DNA of 32,000 nucleotides from Alkanindiges illinoisensis DSM 15370 (GCF_000619845.1 NZ_JHUX01000003.1:150001-182000); one strand, 5' to 3'; numbered from the stretch's first letter, positions 18,670-29,132 are shown. The notes: a model not told the origin generated them from the sequence alone. A program made the numbers and translations.

Positions 18670-19371
18670 TTAACGGCCTTTTTCATCATTCCATAACAGC
18701 TTGTGAAGCTGTAATTGAAAACGCACGGGCAAACGGTCTGCCACAATCCAGTCTGCCAGTTGCCAGGCAAAGGCAGGTAGTGTGGCTTTGGTCTTATCAA
18801 TGGCAAAAGCAGGTGAAAACCATACCGTACTCACCAGCTTATCCAGTTGATACTGCTGCAATTGCTGTTTGGCCCAGTCGTAGTCTTCGCGGTTGCAAAT
18901 GACAAACTTGATCTGGTCGTGCGGGGTTAAAAAATTCAGGTTATCCATCAGGTTGCGGTGCTGTTCGCCCGAGGATGGGGTTTTGAGATCCATCACCTTG
19001 GAAACCCGTGAATCAACCGCCTGAACTGACAGCGCGCCACTGGTTTCCAGCGACACATGCAAGCCTGCATCGCATAACTGCTTAAGTAGGGGAATACAAT
19101 TCGGCTGGGCCAGCGGCTCGCCACCAGTTACGCATACGTGCCTGACACCAAATTCGTTGACCTGATCCATAATGGCTTGCAGCGACACCCGTTCACCCCC
19201 TTCAAAGGAATAAGTGGTATCACAATAGGTACAGCGCAGCGGGCAGCCAGTAAGCCGTACAAACACACATGGCCAGCCTGATTCGTTGGCTTCACCTTGC
19301 AGCGAATAAAAGATTTCGGTCAGGCGCAGGCCGGCAGCCGGATCAGTAACAGGAATTTGTGCAGAACGCAT
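18670..19371 (-). CDS. queE: 7-carboxy-7-deazaguanine synthase QueE (radical SAM)
   Basis: EIFYSLQGEA and RLTGCPLRCTYCDT are QueE signatures. The ORF-track start at 19383 is TTG, so I use the ATG at 19371. Neither start has a clear SD. Confidence 0.88.
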   Translation of the reverse strand: MRSAQIPVTDPAAGLRLTEIFYSLQGEANESGWPCVFVRLTGCPLRCTYCDTTYSFEGGERVSLQAIMDQVNEFGVRHVCVTGGEPLAQPNCIPLLKQLCDAGLHVSLETSGALSVQAVDSRVSKVMDLKTPSSGEQHRNLMDNLNFLTPHDQIKFVICNREDYDWAKQQLQQYQLDKLVSTVWFSPAFAIDKTKATLPAFAWQLADWIVADRLPVRFQLQLHKLLWNDEKGR

Positions 19372-19440
19372 ATGGGGTGTCAAGACCTGAAAATGGATGA
19401 AAATACCGCAGAAAACGATATCAAACTATAAACCAAAACT

Positions 19441-19509
19441 TTTAGCAAACCGCATAAAACTATTTAGCAAAAAATGACGCCTTGTCTGCCATATTATAAC
19501 TTTAGCAAA
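19441..19509. repeat. Three direct copies of TTTAGCAAA in the dapD-queE spacer
   Basis: Exact 9-mers at 19441-19449, 19463-19471 and 19501-19509. Confidence 0.5.
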
Positions 19510-19517
19510 ACAAGGCG
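19469..19517 (-). terminator. Probable dapD terminator (large loop)
   Basis: CGCCTTGT (19478-19485) pairs with ACAAGGCG (19510-19517), an 8-bp stem with a 24-nt loop. On the minus strand it is followed by TCATTTTTT. Confidence 0.5.
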
Positions 19518-19560
19518 CATAAACCATGAATAAACGTGGATTAATTAATCCCTACTTTAA

Positions 19561-20385
19561 TTAATCAATGCGCAGTAATTCATTCAGACCAGTTTTGGAA
19601 CGGGTTTTTTCATCAACAGTTTTAACAATCACTGCGCAATATAAGCTGTGTGTTCCATCAGCAGACGGCATATTGCCTGAAACTACGACTGAGTATGGCG
19701 GAATACGGCCATAGGTCACTTCACCAGTCGCACGGTTTAAGATTTTGGTGGATTGACCGATATAAACACCCATTGAAATTACCGAGCCTTCACCGACAAT
19801 CACACCTTCCACAATCTCAGAGCGCGCACCAATAAAGCAGTTGTCTTCAATAATGGTTGGGTTGGCCTGAAGCGGTTCCAGCACGCCACCAATACCAACA
19901 CCACCAGACAAATGTACGTTCTTACCAATCTGTGCACAGCTACCTACAGTCGCCCAGGTGTCTACCATGGAGCCTTCATCAACATAAGCGCCAATGTTCA
20001 CATAAGACGGCATCAGCACGACATTACGCGCAATAAAGCTGCCTTTACGGGCAGTGGCAGGTGGTACAACCCGAATGCCAGAATCCTTGAACTGCTGTTC
20101 AGTCCAGCCGGCAAACTTGGTCGGCACTTTATCAAAATACTGCAAGCCTTCACCGCCATCAACCGGCACGTTGTCATTCAGGCGGAAAGACAGCAACACG
20201 GCTTTTTTAAGCCACTGATTGACCTGCCATTCACCATTGATTTTTTCCGCAACGCGCAGGCTGCCGTTATCAAGGCCAGCCAGTGCTTCTTCTACAGCCT
20301 GACGCACATCGCTTGGGGCATTGGTGGGTGAAAACTGCATGCGGTCTTCAAAGGCTTGTTCAATAAGCTGGGCAAGTTGGCTCAT
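19561..20385 (-). CDS. dapD: 2,3,4,5-tetrahydropyridine-2,6-dicarboxylate N-succinyltransferase DapD
   Basis: 274 aa, near-colinear with E. coli DapD ([67 protein letters not shown]). Confidence 0.97.
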   Translation of the reverse strand: MSQLAQLIEQAFEDRMQFSPTNAPSDVRQAVEEALAGLDNGSLRVAEKINGEWQVNQWLKKAVLLSFRLNDNVPVDGGEGLQYFDKVPTKFAGWTEQQFKDSGIRVVPPATARKGSFIARNVVLMPSYVNIGAYVDEGSMVDTWATVGSCAQIGKNVHLSGGVGIGGVLEPLQANPTIIEDNCFIGARSEIVEGVIVGEGSVISMGVYIGQSTKILNRATGEVTYGRIPPYSVVVSGNMPSADGTHSLYCAVIVKTVDEKTRSKTGLNELLRID

Positions 20386-20502
20386 TTAAAAATCCATGTT
20401 GTGATTTAAAATTGGGGCTGATTATACATGAAATGCAGAACTCAGGAAAAACTAAGTCATTAAGGGTGGGTTAATCCTGAGTGACCAGTTTAATTTTATG
20501 GC

Positions 20503-20531
20503 AAAAAAACAGGTTCCTAAAAAGCAACCTG
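20503..20531 (-). terminator. Rho-independent terminator after hiuH
   Basis: CAGGTT (20510-20515) and AACCTG (20526-20531) form the stem. On the minus strand it is followed by TTTTTTT. Confidence 0.65.
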
Positions 20532-20615
20532 CTACATCTCTTTTTTCAGAATAATTTTAAGCACTAAATGGAAGCAAGCAGAAGCAAGAAGTTGGGAAAG
20601 CCCTCATTATCGTAA

Positions 20616-21050
20616 CTAGTTGCCGCGATAAGTTGAATAGCCATAAGGACTGAGCAACAGTGGAATATGATAATGCAGTACACTGCCATCCACTTCAAAA
20701 ATCACTGGCACTTCAGGAAAGAATGACGGCTGCTGATGTGCCTTAAACCAGTCGCCAGTCTTAAAGGTGACCCGGTAAATGCCTTTGGCCAGTTTTTGAT
20801 CTGCAGGGTAAAGCGCTGTAATACGGCCCTGCTGGTTGGTTATTCCTTCGTTGAGTTTTTTCCAGCCATCCTTGTTTTGCTGCTCCAGGATGACGGCTAC
20901 ATTCTCAGAAGGCAAGCCAGTTTGCAGGTTAAGCACATGCACACTAAGCGGATTATCGGCTGCAAAAGCTGTGGCAGGGGCTGCAATGCTAAATACCAGA
21001 CTCAGCAGGCCAGTTTTAAACAAGCTATTTTTTAAAGCAGTCGATAGCAT
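20616..21050 (-). CDS. hiuH: Periplasmic transthyretin-like protein / 5-hydroxyisourate hydrolase
   Basis: 144 aa with signal peptide ..PATAFA/AD. LSVHVLN.QTG.P....YRV.FKTGD.F.....SFFPE.PV.F.....HYH.PLLLSPYGYSTYRG is close to E. coli HiuH/YedX. The C-terminus is YRGN rather than the usual YRGS. Confidence 0.85.
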   Translation of the reverse strand: MLSTALKNSLFKTGLLSLVFSIAAPATAFAADNPLSVHVLNLQTGLPSENVAVILEQQNKDGWKKLNEGITNQQGRITALYPADQKLAKGIYRVTFKTGDWFKAHQQPSFFPEVPVIFEVDGSVLHYHIPLLLSPYGYSTYRGN

Positions 21051-21097
21051 AAATCAAATCCTGAAAAATAATGGAAAAACAGAGCCAGCACTAAATA

Positions 21098-22111
21098 TCA
21101 GGCTTCAACCGCCTTAACACCACGGCGCACTGGCGGGCAGGGTTCACCATAATATTGGCGATCTGCAAAATAACTGGAACGAACCATTGGCGCAGACCAG
21201 ATATTGCGAAAGCCCAGGTTGCGCCCATGTTCGGCATAGCGCTCAAACTCTTCTGGGGTGACAAAGCGGTCTACAGGCGCATGATTTCTGGATGGCTGTA
21301 AATACTGACCAATGGTAATGTAATCCACATCATGTGCGCGCAGGTCGTTGAGCAGTTCAATGACTTCTTCTTCGGTTTCACCAAGGCCAACCATCAGGCC
21401 GCACTTAGTGGGAATATCTGAGCACACTTCCTTGAATTTTTTCAGCAGGTTCAGTGAATGCTGATAATCCGAACCTGGGCGCATGGCACGATAGAGGCGC
21501 GGCACGGTTTCAATATTGTGGTTAAACACATCTGGTGGGCATTCGCTCATGATGCGCAGGGCAACATCCATGCGGCCACGGAAGTCCGGCACCAGAATTT
21601 CCAGTAAAGTATTTGGGCTTGTTTTACGGGTTTCCAGAATACAATCAACAAAATGCTGCGCACCGCCGTCCAGCAGGTCATCACGGTCTACCGAAGTAAT
21701 GACCGCATATTTAAGACCAAGACCAGCAATGGTTTCTGCCATGTGGCGCGGTTCATTAGCGTCCAGTGGATTGGGGCGGCCATGTGCCACATCACAAAAC
21801 GGGCATCGACGGGTACAGATATCACCCATAATCATAAAGGTTGCTGTGCCCCCGCCAAAACATTCCGGCAGGTTGGGGCAGGCCGCTTCTTCACACACCG
21901 TATGCAGCTTTTGCGCACGTAAAGTATCTTTAATGCGCTGTACCTCGGCTGGTGCGGTCATCTTGACCCGAATCCAGTCAGGCTTGCGTGGTATGTCAAC
22001 GGTGGGAATAATCTTGATGGGAATGCGCGCTACTTTTTCAGCACCACGGAGCTTTTCCCCCTGAACGGCGCGCTGGCCAGTCGTATTGATAGGAGCATTG
22101 GATGAGGTCAT
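21098..22111 (-). CDS. lipA: Lipoyl synthase LipA (radical SAM)
   Basis: [13 protein letters not shown] plus the [10 protein letters not shown] clusters. The ATG at 22111 is preceded by AAGGAA. The ORF-track start at 22126 is a TTG extension. Confidence 0.95.
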   Translation of the reverse strand: MTSSNAPINTTGQRAVQGEKLRGAEKVARIPIKIIPTVDIPRKPDWIRVKMTAPAEVQRIKDTLRAQKLHTVCEEAACPNLPECFGGGTATFMIMGDICTRRCPFCDVAHGRPNPLDANEPRHMAETIAGLGLKYAVITSVDRDDLLDGGAQHFVDCILETRKTSPNTLLEILVPDFRGRMDVALRIMSECPPDVFNHNIETVPRLYRAMRPGSDYQHSLNLLKKFKEVCSDIPTKCGLMVGLGETEEEVIELLNDLRAHDVDYITIGQYLQPSRNHAPVDRFVTPEEFERYAEHGRNLGFRNIWSAPMVRSSYFADRQYYGEPCPPVRRGVKAVEA

Positions 22112-22459
22112 GCCTATTCCTTGCAAGGGTCAAAATAAAGCTGCTGCTTTCAGCCGAGCCCTGCATTTTGAGCAGAAGAATGTCAGAAAAATTCAGGCGT
22201 ACAGTATACGTCAATTGGTCTGAATGCACGACAAGTGATGCACAGGCTGACGTAGGACGCTTGTATCATTTTTGCATAAATATTGCAGAGTTAGTGGCGT
22301 ACAACCGACTAAAGTAGTAGCTTGAACTCAAAATTTTGCATCGCAAGCCAATGCAATTGGCGTACCATAGCCTAAACGTCTGCATTTGCTTGAATCCAGT
22401 CAGCATAAATCAGTGACCAGAAAGAGTTGTCATTTTAGCATTCATCAGGAGATCAGTTG

Positions 22460-23878
22460 ATGGCGCGCCGGGAAAAAACCACCAAAAAGCAGTCTTACCA
22501 GTATGATGCCATTGTGCTGGGCGCTGGCCCTGCCGGTGAGGGAGCTGCCATGAAGCTGGCCAAATCCGGCAAGAAGGTTGCAGTCATTGATCAGCGCCAT
22601 CAGGTCGGCGGCAATTGTGCCCATGTGGGAACAATTCCCAGCAAGGCATTGCGGCAAACCGTGTTTAATATTATGCGCTACCAGCGAGACCCGTTATTCC
22701 AGAAAGTGGGGGAATGGAAGCAGGTGCCATTGTCGGAAGTATTGCGTAATGCACACCGGGTCATTGAAGCACAGGTTGACACCCATACCCGCTTTTATGA
22801 GCGTAACCAGATTGATGTGCACCATGGCCGTGCATACCTGCAGGATGAGCATACTGTCATTGTGCACATGCTGGATGGCGGCAGTGAAACCTTGAGTTTT
22901 GATCAGTTGGTTATTGCGACTGGTAGCCGTCCGTATCAGCCCGAAGGTCTGGATTTTAACCATCCCCGGGTGTTTGACAGCGATAAAATCCTGACCCTGA
23001 ACTATCCAATTCATAAAATTATTATTTATGGAGCAGGGGTGATTGGTTCCGAATATGCATCCATTTTTATTGGGCTGGACTACAAGGTCGACCTGATCAA
23101 TACGCAGGCGCAATTGCTGAATTATCTGGATGATGAGATTGCCGATGCTTTGTCCTATTACCTGCGTGAGCTGGGTGTACTGATTCGGCATAACGAGCAA
23201 ATTGACCATCTGGAAACGCATGATGATTATGTGGTATTGCACCTGCAAAGTGGCAAGAAAATCAAGGCAGATGCGATTTTGTGGTGTAATGGCCGTTCCG
23301 GCAATACCGATGGTCTGGGCCTTGAAAACGTAGGGCTTGCACCAAACAGTCGTGGCCAGTTGGCTGTTAATAGCCAGTATCAGACCGATGTGCCGCATAT
23401 TTATGCAGCGGGCGATGTGATTGGCTGGCCCTCACTGGCTTCGGCGGCCTATGACCAAGGACGCTGTGCAGCAGCCAATATGGTGGGCGAGCAGGATGTA
23501 CAGCCCGTGCTGAATGTGCCAACCGGGATTTATACCATTCCGGAAATTTCATCGATTGGTAAAACCGAGCAACAGCTTACCGATGAAAAAATCCCGTATG
23601 AAGTCGGTCAGGCTTCCTTCCGGCATTTGGCACGTGCGCAAATAACCGGTGAAACCGTAGGCGTGCTCAAGATTCTTTTCCACCGTGAAACGCTGGAAAT
23701 TCTGGGTATTCACTGTTTTGGCAATAATGCAGCTGAAATTATCCATATTGGGCAGGCAGCCATGCTGAGTCAGGCCAACAACAGCCTGCATTATTTTGCC
23801 AATACCACCTTTAACTATCCCACCATGGCAGAAGCCTATCGGGTGGCGGCACTCAATGGCATGAACCGGCTGTTCTAA
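22460..23878 (+). CDS. sthA: Soluble pyridine nucleotide transhydrogenase SthA
   Basis: Near-colinear with E. coli SthA ([67 protein letters not shown]). The ATG at 22460 is preceded by CAGGAG. Confidence 0.96.
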   Translation: MARREKTTKKQSYQYDAIVLGAGPAGEGAAMKLAKSGKKVAVIDQRHQVGGNCAHVGTIPSKALRQTVFNIMRYQRDPLFQKVGEWKQVPLSEVLRNAHRVIEAQVDTHTRFYERNQIDVHHGRAYLQDEHTVIVHMLDGGSETLSFDQLVIATGSRPYQPEGLDFNHPRVFDSDKILTLNYPIHKIIIYGAGVIGSEYASIFIGLDYKVDLINTQAQLLNYLDDEIADALSYYLRELGVLIRHNEQIDHLETHDDYVVLHLQSGKKIKADAILWCNGRSGNTDGLGLENVGLAPNSRGQLAVNSQYQTDVPHIYAAGDVIGWPSLASAAYDQGRCAAANMVGEQDVQPVLNVPTGIYTIPEISSIGKTEQQLTDEKIPYEVGQASFRHLARAQITGETVGVLKILFHRETLEILGIHCFGNNAAEIIHIGQAAMLSQANNSLHYFANTTFNYPTMAEAYRVAALNGMNRLF

Positions 23879-23948
23879 AAAAGCAATGTTGCATTAAGTG
23901 CCTTGCCTCATACCTTAAAAATAGTGTTATGCGGGTTTACAGTTGAAA

Positions 23949-23988
23949 ATAAAAAAACCGATCAACGAAGGAGGAAAAGTTGATCGGT
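23949..23988 (-). terminator. Rho-independent terminator of the OmpW-family gene
   Basis: ACCGATCAAC (23957-23966) and GTTGATCGGT (23979-23988) form a perfect 10-bp stem. On the minus strand it is followed by TTTTTTTATTTT. Confidence 0.8.
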
Positions 23989-24040
23989 AGGAAGTGCAAG
24001 CGGCAGGATTTTTGTGGTTGTCAGCGGTGGAAAAAGCTGG

Positions 24041-25102
24041 CTAAAAACGATAGCCAATACCCAGATAGGTAATCACCGGATTAATGTCCACTTTGGTTTC
24101 CGAGCGGATTAGCTCGGACTGATCCTTGTCACTAAGCACCAGAATCTTGGCCTTGTTGTTTAGCGCTGCATAGGATACGGATGCAGTGCTAAACCAGCGC
24201 TCATTAAAGTCATAGGTAAAACCTGCTGTGGCAAATGGTGCAATGCCAGTATCAGCCTTAACTTTTATATAGGGATTGATAGATGATTTTTCGCCTGCCA
24301 GTGCTGCACCCGCCTTGCCATCCAGAACATTCTGAATCTGGTGACCCGCAGCAATCAGGTCAGCTTCTACACCCTTGTTGAGCTTGATGTCATCAAACCA
24401 CGCATACATGGCGCCAATGCCAATATAAGGACGGAATTTGTTAACGCCTGTCTGGCCAAAGTGATATTGCAGGGTAGCAGCCGGCGTCCAGGCACGTACT
24501 GATGCAGCTTTGTCATAAGAATCCAGATTGGTAATTTGCAGGTCTTTTTGCAGATCCAGATCGGCAAGGCCAAGTACGCTGGTATGCGTAGACAAAGGGG
24601 CAGTGACATTACCGAGGCCTTTTAAATCCACTTTGGGCGGAATACCTCCCACCAGCTCTACGGACACATGATCGGTAAAGTAATAATTAAACACCAGACC
24701 CAGCGTATCAACATCCTGCGCTTCCAGACCGGTATTGGATGATTGCCATTGCTCCAGGCCGTAAACATTGGCTTTTAAGCCCAGATCGGGCAAATAGCCA
24801 CCCGTAATCTGCGTATCATCCAGTAAACCTAGTAGGGCAGTTAAACCATTTTTATCAACCGCATTTTCGGTAATATCATTTAATCGAATACGGCCAACCC
24901 CGGCTTCATAGCCCTCAGGAATAACGGTTTTATTGGTAAAATTGTTGGGCTTGCCTTGAGGCATGACATGTAGCCAGCCAGCAGATACGGCAAAGCGCTT
25001 AAAGCCATCACCGTCTTTAATACTGAACAAGGAAGAATCTGCAAAGGCAGTATGTTGAATGGATAACCCTAACAGGGGAATCATGAGTTTATTCAATTTC
25101 AT
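24041..25102 (-). CDS. OmpW/AlkL-family outer-membrane beta-barrel protein with expanded loops
   Basis: 353 aa with signal peptide ..HTAFA/DS. AATLQYHFGQTGVNKFRPYIGIGAMYAWF aligns with E. coli OmpW PPTLMAQWYFGDASSKFRPYVGAGINYTTF. The C-terminal INPVITYLGIGYRF aligns with LDPWVFMFSAGYRF. Confidence 0.75.
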   Translation of the reverse strand: MKLNKLMIPLLGLSIQHTAFADSSLFSIKDGDGFKRFAVSAGWLHVMPQGKPNNFTNKTVIPEGYEAGVGRIRLNDITENAVDKNGLTALLGLLDDTQITGGYLPDLGLKANVYGLEQWQSSNTGLEAQDVDTLGLVFNYYFTDHVSVELVGGIPPKVDLKGLGNVTAPLSTHTSVLGLADLDLQKDLQITNLDSYDKAASVRAWTPAATLQYHFGQTGVNKFRPYIGIGAMYAWFDDIKLNKGVEADLIAAGHQIQNVLDGKAGAALAGEKSSINPYIKVKADTGIAPFATAGFTYDFNERWFSTASVSYAALNNKAKILVLSDKDQSELIRSETKVDINPVITYLGIGYRF

Positions 25103-25525
25103 CTAAAGCTCCGTCTCTTGGCTTTCATGCTTAAAAGCCAGCTAAAGAACAGACACCAGACATTCCGGTCTGATGTGTTTCCTTACAAGGAGCGATTAAA
25201 ACGGCTCTACAACAGTAACAATAGGTTAGTTATATGAAAATAAATTCACTGTCTGGATTATCTGTTGCGATGAAGTAAATTTTCAAAAAAATGAAGTTGA
25301 TTATTGTTTGAGCAAGAATATTAATATGAAAAACTAAAAATATTGAAAAAATAAATAATTATTGCAGCAGTGATATTAAGGCCATCAATATATGGTTTAA
25401 ATATAATCAGTTGAATTTTACCTGTTGCTACACTACAACCTGATTATGAAGACTTATGGAAGTAAAATTTCCAGCCTTAAATACGGAAAGTTAAACCTCA
25501 TCTATTACCCATTAGACTAACTTAA

Positions 25526-26767
25526 CTAGTCAGGCAGTTGTTGTTGAGTGTAGTTATTCTTGAGTACAGTAATGGCAGCAATGCGTGCCTCAATCAGTGC
25601 TTCGCCAATGTCTGCACCCTGAATATGCGGCGGCAGATCAATAGCCCGGATATTCCTCACCTGCTGAATCGCCTCACGCATAAAATGGGCTTGTTCATAG
25701 GGGCGATTTTCCAGCCCAAGCCGGCCACGGGCGTCACATTCACAGGCCTGTATAAATTCTTCTACCCGTTCTGGACGGCGTAATACATCCAGTCTTTGCA
25801 ATAGTCGCCAGATAGTTCCGGGACGTAATTCCATCACCCGGTGGCATAGCAAATGTTCGCGGCAAACCAGCTCCGCCAGTTGCTGATACTGGCTGGGTAC
25901 TTTCAGACGTTGGCACAGTGCGCGGATCGGTTCGACACCACGGGCTTCATGCTCGGCATGACGTGGCAGCAGGTCAGCAGGGGTAAGCGCCTTACCCAGA
26001 TCATGCATGACAGTAGCAAAGCGTACCCGGTCGCTATAGTGTGCTTCACAGGCACGTTGCAGGGTCATCAGGGTATGAATGCCCGTATCCACTTCCGGGT
26101 GATATTCTGGTCGCTGGGGTACGCCAAACAGGGCATCGACCTCTGGCATGATGATCTGTAGCGCGCCACATTGACGCAACACTTCAAAATACACATCTGC
26201 ACGGTCTTCGAGTAGCGCACGCTGGGTTTCTTTCCAGATCCGTTCCGGTGTCAGGTGATTAATTTCGCCCTGATTGACCAGTTCCTGCATCAACGCCAGC
26301 GTTTCCGGCGCGACACTAAAGCCCAGTGGCGCATAACGGGCCGCAAAGCGCGCAACCCGTAACACCCGTAGCGGGTCTTCAATAAAGGCAGGTGAAACAT
26401 GACGTAAAAGGCGGTTGTGCAAATCCTGCTGGCCGCCATAAGGATCAATAATGCTGCCATCTTCAGCCAGTGCCATGGCATTGATAGTCAGGTCACGGCG
26501 AATCAGGTCTTCTTCTAGCGGCAGGTCAGGGGAGGTGTAAAAAGTAAAACCCCCATAACCCACACCGGACTTGCGTTCGGTTCGGGCCAGGGCATATTCT
26601 TCCTTGCTTTGCGGATGCAAAAATACCGGAAAGTCACTGCCAACCGGCTTGTAGCCTGCAGCCAGCATTTGCTCGGGGGTGGCACCCACCACAACATAAT
26701 CACGCTCAACCACTGTCCGGCCCAAAAGCTGGTCACGAACAGCACCACCTACCAAATACACTTGCAT
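25526..26767 (-). CDS. cca: Multifunctional CCA-adding tRNA nucleotidyltransferase (with HD domain)
   Basis: 413 aa. [12 protein letters not shown] matches E. coli Cca ([12 protein letters not shown]). Also present are RD.TINA and an HD-domain region (TVMHDLGK). Confidence 0.94.
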   Translation of the reverse strand: MQVYLVGGAVRDQLLGRTVVERDYVVVGATPEQMLAAGYKPVGSDFPVFLHPQSKEEYALARTERKSGVGYGGFTFYTSPDLPLEEDLIRRDLTINAMALAEDGSIIDPYGGQQDLHNRLLRHVSPAFIEDPLRVLRVARFAARYAPLGFSVAPETLALMQELVNQGEINHLTPERIWKETQRALLEDRADVYFEVLRQCGALQIIMPEVDALFGVPQRPEYHPEVDTGIHTLMTLQRACEAHYSDRVRFATVMHDLGKALTPADLLPRHAEHEARGVEPIRALCQRLKVPSQYQQLAELVCREHLLCHRVMELRPGTIWRLLQRLDVLRRPERVEEFIQACECDARGRLGLENRPYEQAHFMREAIQQVRNIRAIDLPPHIQGADIGEALIEARIAAITVLKNNYTQQQLPD

Positions 26768-26770
26768 TAA

Positions 26771-26815
26771 AAAGCCCCTATATGCCGCTACAGAATGCAG
26801 GACAATAGGGGCTTT
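26771..26815 (-). terminator. maeB terminator hairpin abutting the cca start codon
   Basis: AAAGCCCCTAT (26771-26781) and ATAGGGGCTTT (26805-26815) form a perfect 11-bp stem with a 23-nt loop. On the minus strand it reads ..AUAGGGGCUUUUUA-AUG, where AUG is the cca start. Confidence 0.65.
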
Positions 26816-26837
26816 GACAAGGCAAAAAGGGTATTAA

Positions 26838-29132
26838 TTAGCCTTTTGCCTGATTTTGGTGCTTTTCTGCATGCTGAATTTCAGCTACGGTTAAGGCAGT
26901 CATATTGATAATACGACGTGTGGTTGCAGTAGGTGTCAGGATATGAACCGGCTTGGCTGCACCCAGCAGAATTGGCCCAATAGTGACATTGTTGCCTGCT
27001 GTTGCTTTGAGCAGGTTGAAGGCAATATTGGCTGCATCCAGACTTGGCATGATCAACAGATTGGCTGAACCCTTGTAGCGCGAGTTTGGAAACTGTTCCA
27101 GACGGATGGATTCATCAATGGCTGCATCACCATGCATTTCGCCTTCCACTTCAAGCTCTGGCGCCTGAGCAGACAGTAAGCGATAGACTTCACGCATTTT
27201 CTCGGCGCTGGCGTCATCATGTGCACTGCCAAAACTGGAATGCGACAGCAATGCCACCTTAGGTGTCATGCCAAAGCGTCTAACTTCTTCAGCAGCCAGC
27301 AGTGTCATTTCTGCCAATTGCTCAGCAGTTGGATTTGGATTGACATAGGTATCTGCAATAAACAGGTTACGGTCACCCAGCATCACCACATTCATGGCAT
27401 AGAAGTTTTTGCTGTCCGACTTGGTACCAATCACATCACGGACATAGCCCAGATGCAGGTCATAATAGCCAAAGGTGCCGCAAATCATGCCATCGGCATA
27501 GCCAAAATGCACCAGCAGCGAACCAATCAGGGTAGTACGGCGGCGGGCTTCACGCTTGGCCAGCTCTACGCCAATGCCACGACGCTGCATGATATTGTAG
27601 TAATGCTGCCAGAAATCCTTGTAGCGGTGATCATCATCCTGATTCACCATTTCAAAATCGACCCCGGCTTTTAAGCGTAAACCCTGACGGGCAATATTGC
27701 TTTCAATCACGGCTGGGCGACCCACCAGAATTGGTCTTGCCAAGCCATCATCCACTACAATCTGTACGGCACGTAATACCCGGTCATCTTCGCCTTCACA
27801 GAACACGATACATTTTGGATCGGTTTTGGCCTGAGTGAAAATGGGCTTCATCAGGAAAGCCGAGTTATAGACAAACTCAGACAGGCGCTGGCGATAAGCC
27901 GAGAAATCCTGAATTGGGCGAGTTGCTACGCCCGATTCCATGGCAGCCTTGGCTACGGCAGGCGCAATTTCCATGATCAGACGTTGGTCAAGTGGCCCCG
28001 GAATCAGATATTCACGGCCAAATGTTTGTGCATTTTCGCCGTAGGTACTGGAATCAGGCTCTACATGTGCCATTTTGGCAATGGCATACACGCAGGCAAC
28101 TTTCATCGCTTCATTAATGGTAGTAGCGCCAGAATCCAGAGCACCCCGGAAAATATACGGGAAGCACAGCGCATTGTTGACCTGATTTGGATAGTCAGAA
28201 CGGCCAGTGGCAATAATGGCATCCGGACGGGCTTCACGCGCATGTTCCGGCAGAATTTCAGGGTTTGGATTGGCTAGCGCAAAAATAATCGGATCTTTGG
28301 CCATTTGCTTGACCATTGCCGGAGTCAGAATGCCAGCAGTAGACAGGCCAAGGAACATGTCCGCATCCTGCATCACTTCATGCAGCTGGGTTTGCTGGAT
28401 ATCCTGGGCATAACGTGCCTTGCTTTCATCCATGCTGCCCAGACGTGCCGTGGTTAGTAGGCCACGCGAGTCTGCAACGGTAATATTTTCACGCTTCACG
28501 CCAATAGCGCATAACAAATCCAGACAGGAAATGGCTGCGGCACCTGCACCAGACGCTACAATTTTAATGTCTTCGATTTTTTTACCAACAATTTCCAGTG
28601 CATTAAGCAGAGCGGCACCCACAATGATACTAGTGCCATGCTGGTCATCGTGGAACACCGGAATATTCATGCGTTCACGCAGTTTGCGCTCAATATAGAA
28701 ACATTCAGGTGCCTTGATGTCTTCAAGGTTAATTCCACCAAAAGTGGGTTCCAGTGCTGCAATAATATCGACAATCTTGTCCGGGTCATTTTCGGCAATT
28801 TCTATGTCAAATACATCGACACCGGCAAATTTTTTGAACAGAACGCCTTTGCCTTCCATTACGGGTTTGGACGCCAGCGGGCCAATATTACCCAGGCCCA
28901 GTACGGCAGTACCGTTACTGATCACTGCCACCAGATTGCCACGGGCAGTATATAAGGCAGCGGTTGAAGGATCACGTTCAATTTCAAGGCAGGGTGCTGC
29001 GACCCCAGGCGAATAGGCGAGTGCCAGATCACGTTGATTGACTAATTGTTTGCTTGGAGTGACACTAATTTTGCCAGGCTGTGGGAATTCATGATAATGC
29101 AGCGCAGCTTTTTTTAATGCTTGATCATCCAT
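26838..29132 (-). CDS. maeB: NADP-dependent malic enzyme MaeB (malic enzyme plus PTA-like domain)
   Basis: [24 protein letters not shown] matches the E. coli MaeB N-terminus (MDDQLKQSALDFHEFPVPGKIQV). It is colinear through the C-terminal phosphotransacetylase-like domain. The ORF-track start at 29198 adds 22 unsupported codons. Confidence 0.95.
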   Translation of the reverse strand: MDDQALKKAALHYHEFPQPGKISVTPSKQLVNQRDLALAYSPGVAAPCLEIERDPSTAALYTARGNLVAVISNGTAVLGLGNIGPLASKPVMEGKGVLFKKFAGVDVFDIEIAENDPDKIVDIIAALEPTFGGINLEDIKAPECFYIERKLRERMNIPVFHDDQHGTSIIVGAALLNALEIVGKKIEDIKIVASGAGAAAISCLDLLCAIGVKRENITVADSRGLLTTARLGSMDESKARYAQDIQQTQLHEVMQDADMFLGLSTAGILTPAMVKQMAKDPIIFALANPNPEILPEHAREARPDAIIATGRSDYPNQVNNALCFPYIFRGALDSGATTINEAMKVACVYAIAKMAHVEPDSSTYGENAQTFGREYLIPGPLDQRLIMEIAPAVAKAAMESGVATRPIQDFSAYRQRLSEFVYNSAFLMKPIFTQAKTDPKCIVFCEGEDDRVLRAVQIVVDDGLARPILVGRPAVIESNIARQGLRLKAGVDFEMVNQDDDHRYKDFWQHYYNIMQRRGIGVELAKREARRRTTLIGSLLVHFGYADGMICGTFGYYDLHLGYVRDVIGTKSDSKNFYAMNVVMLGDRNLFIADTYVNPNPTAEQLAEMTLLAAEEVRRFGMTPKVALLSHSSFGSAHDDASAEKMREVYRLLSAQAPELEVEGEMHGDAAIDESIRLEQFPNSRYKGSANLLIMPSLDAANIAFNLLKATAGNNVTIGPILLGAAKPVHILTPTATTRRIINMTALTVAEIQHAEKHQNQAKG

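Noticed and set aside
19384-19470. A preQ1 riboswitch upstream of queE-queC.
   Set aside because: I read the minus-strand leader and found no short hairpin followed by the A-rich ...CUAAAAAACUA tail characteristic of preQ1-I, and nothing resembling preQ1-II or III.
22127-22459. Recurrent TTGCAT...ATGCA(A/T) palindromic pairs in the lipA-sthA spacer (about 22341-22364), and another upstream of the exported protein gene (about 9789-9810), as a shared operator.
   Set aside because: The half-site spacing differs (9 versus 8 nt), the arms are only 5-6 bp, and such AT-rich palindromes are expected by chance. The evidence is not enough to call a regulon.
22694-23398. A 234-aa ORF antisense to sthA, and similar antisense or alternate-frame ORFs inside purL, maeB, lipA, dgt, dapD and the GGDEF-EAL gene.
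   Set aside because: Each lies entirely within a strongly homology-supported gene on the other strand or frame. Their compositions are odd and they show no start signals.
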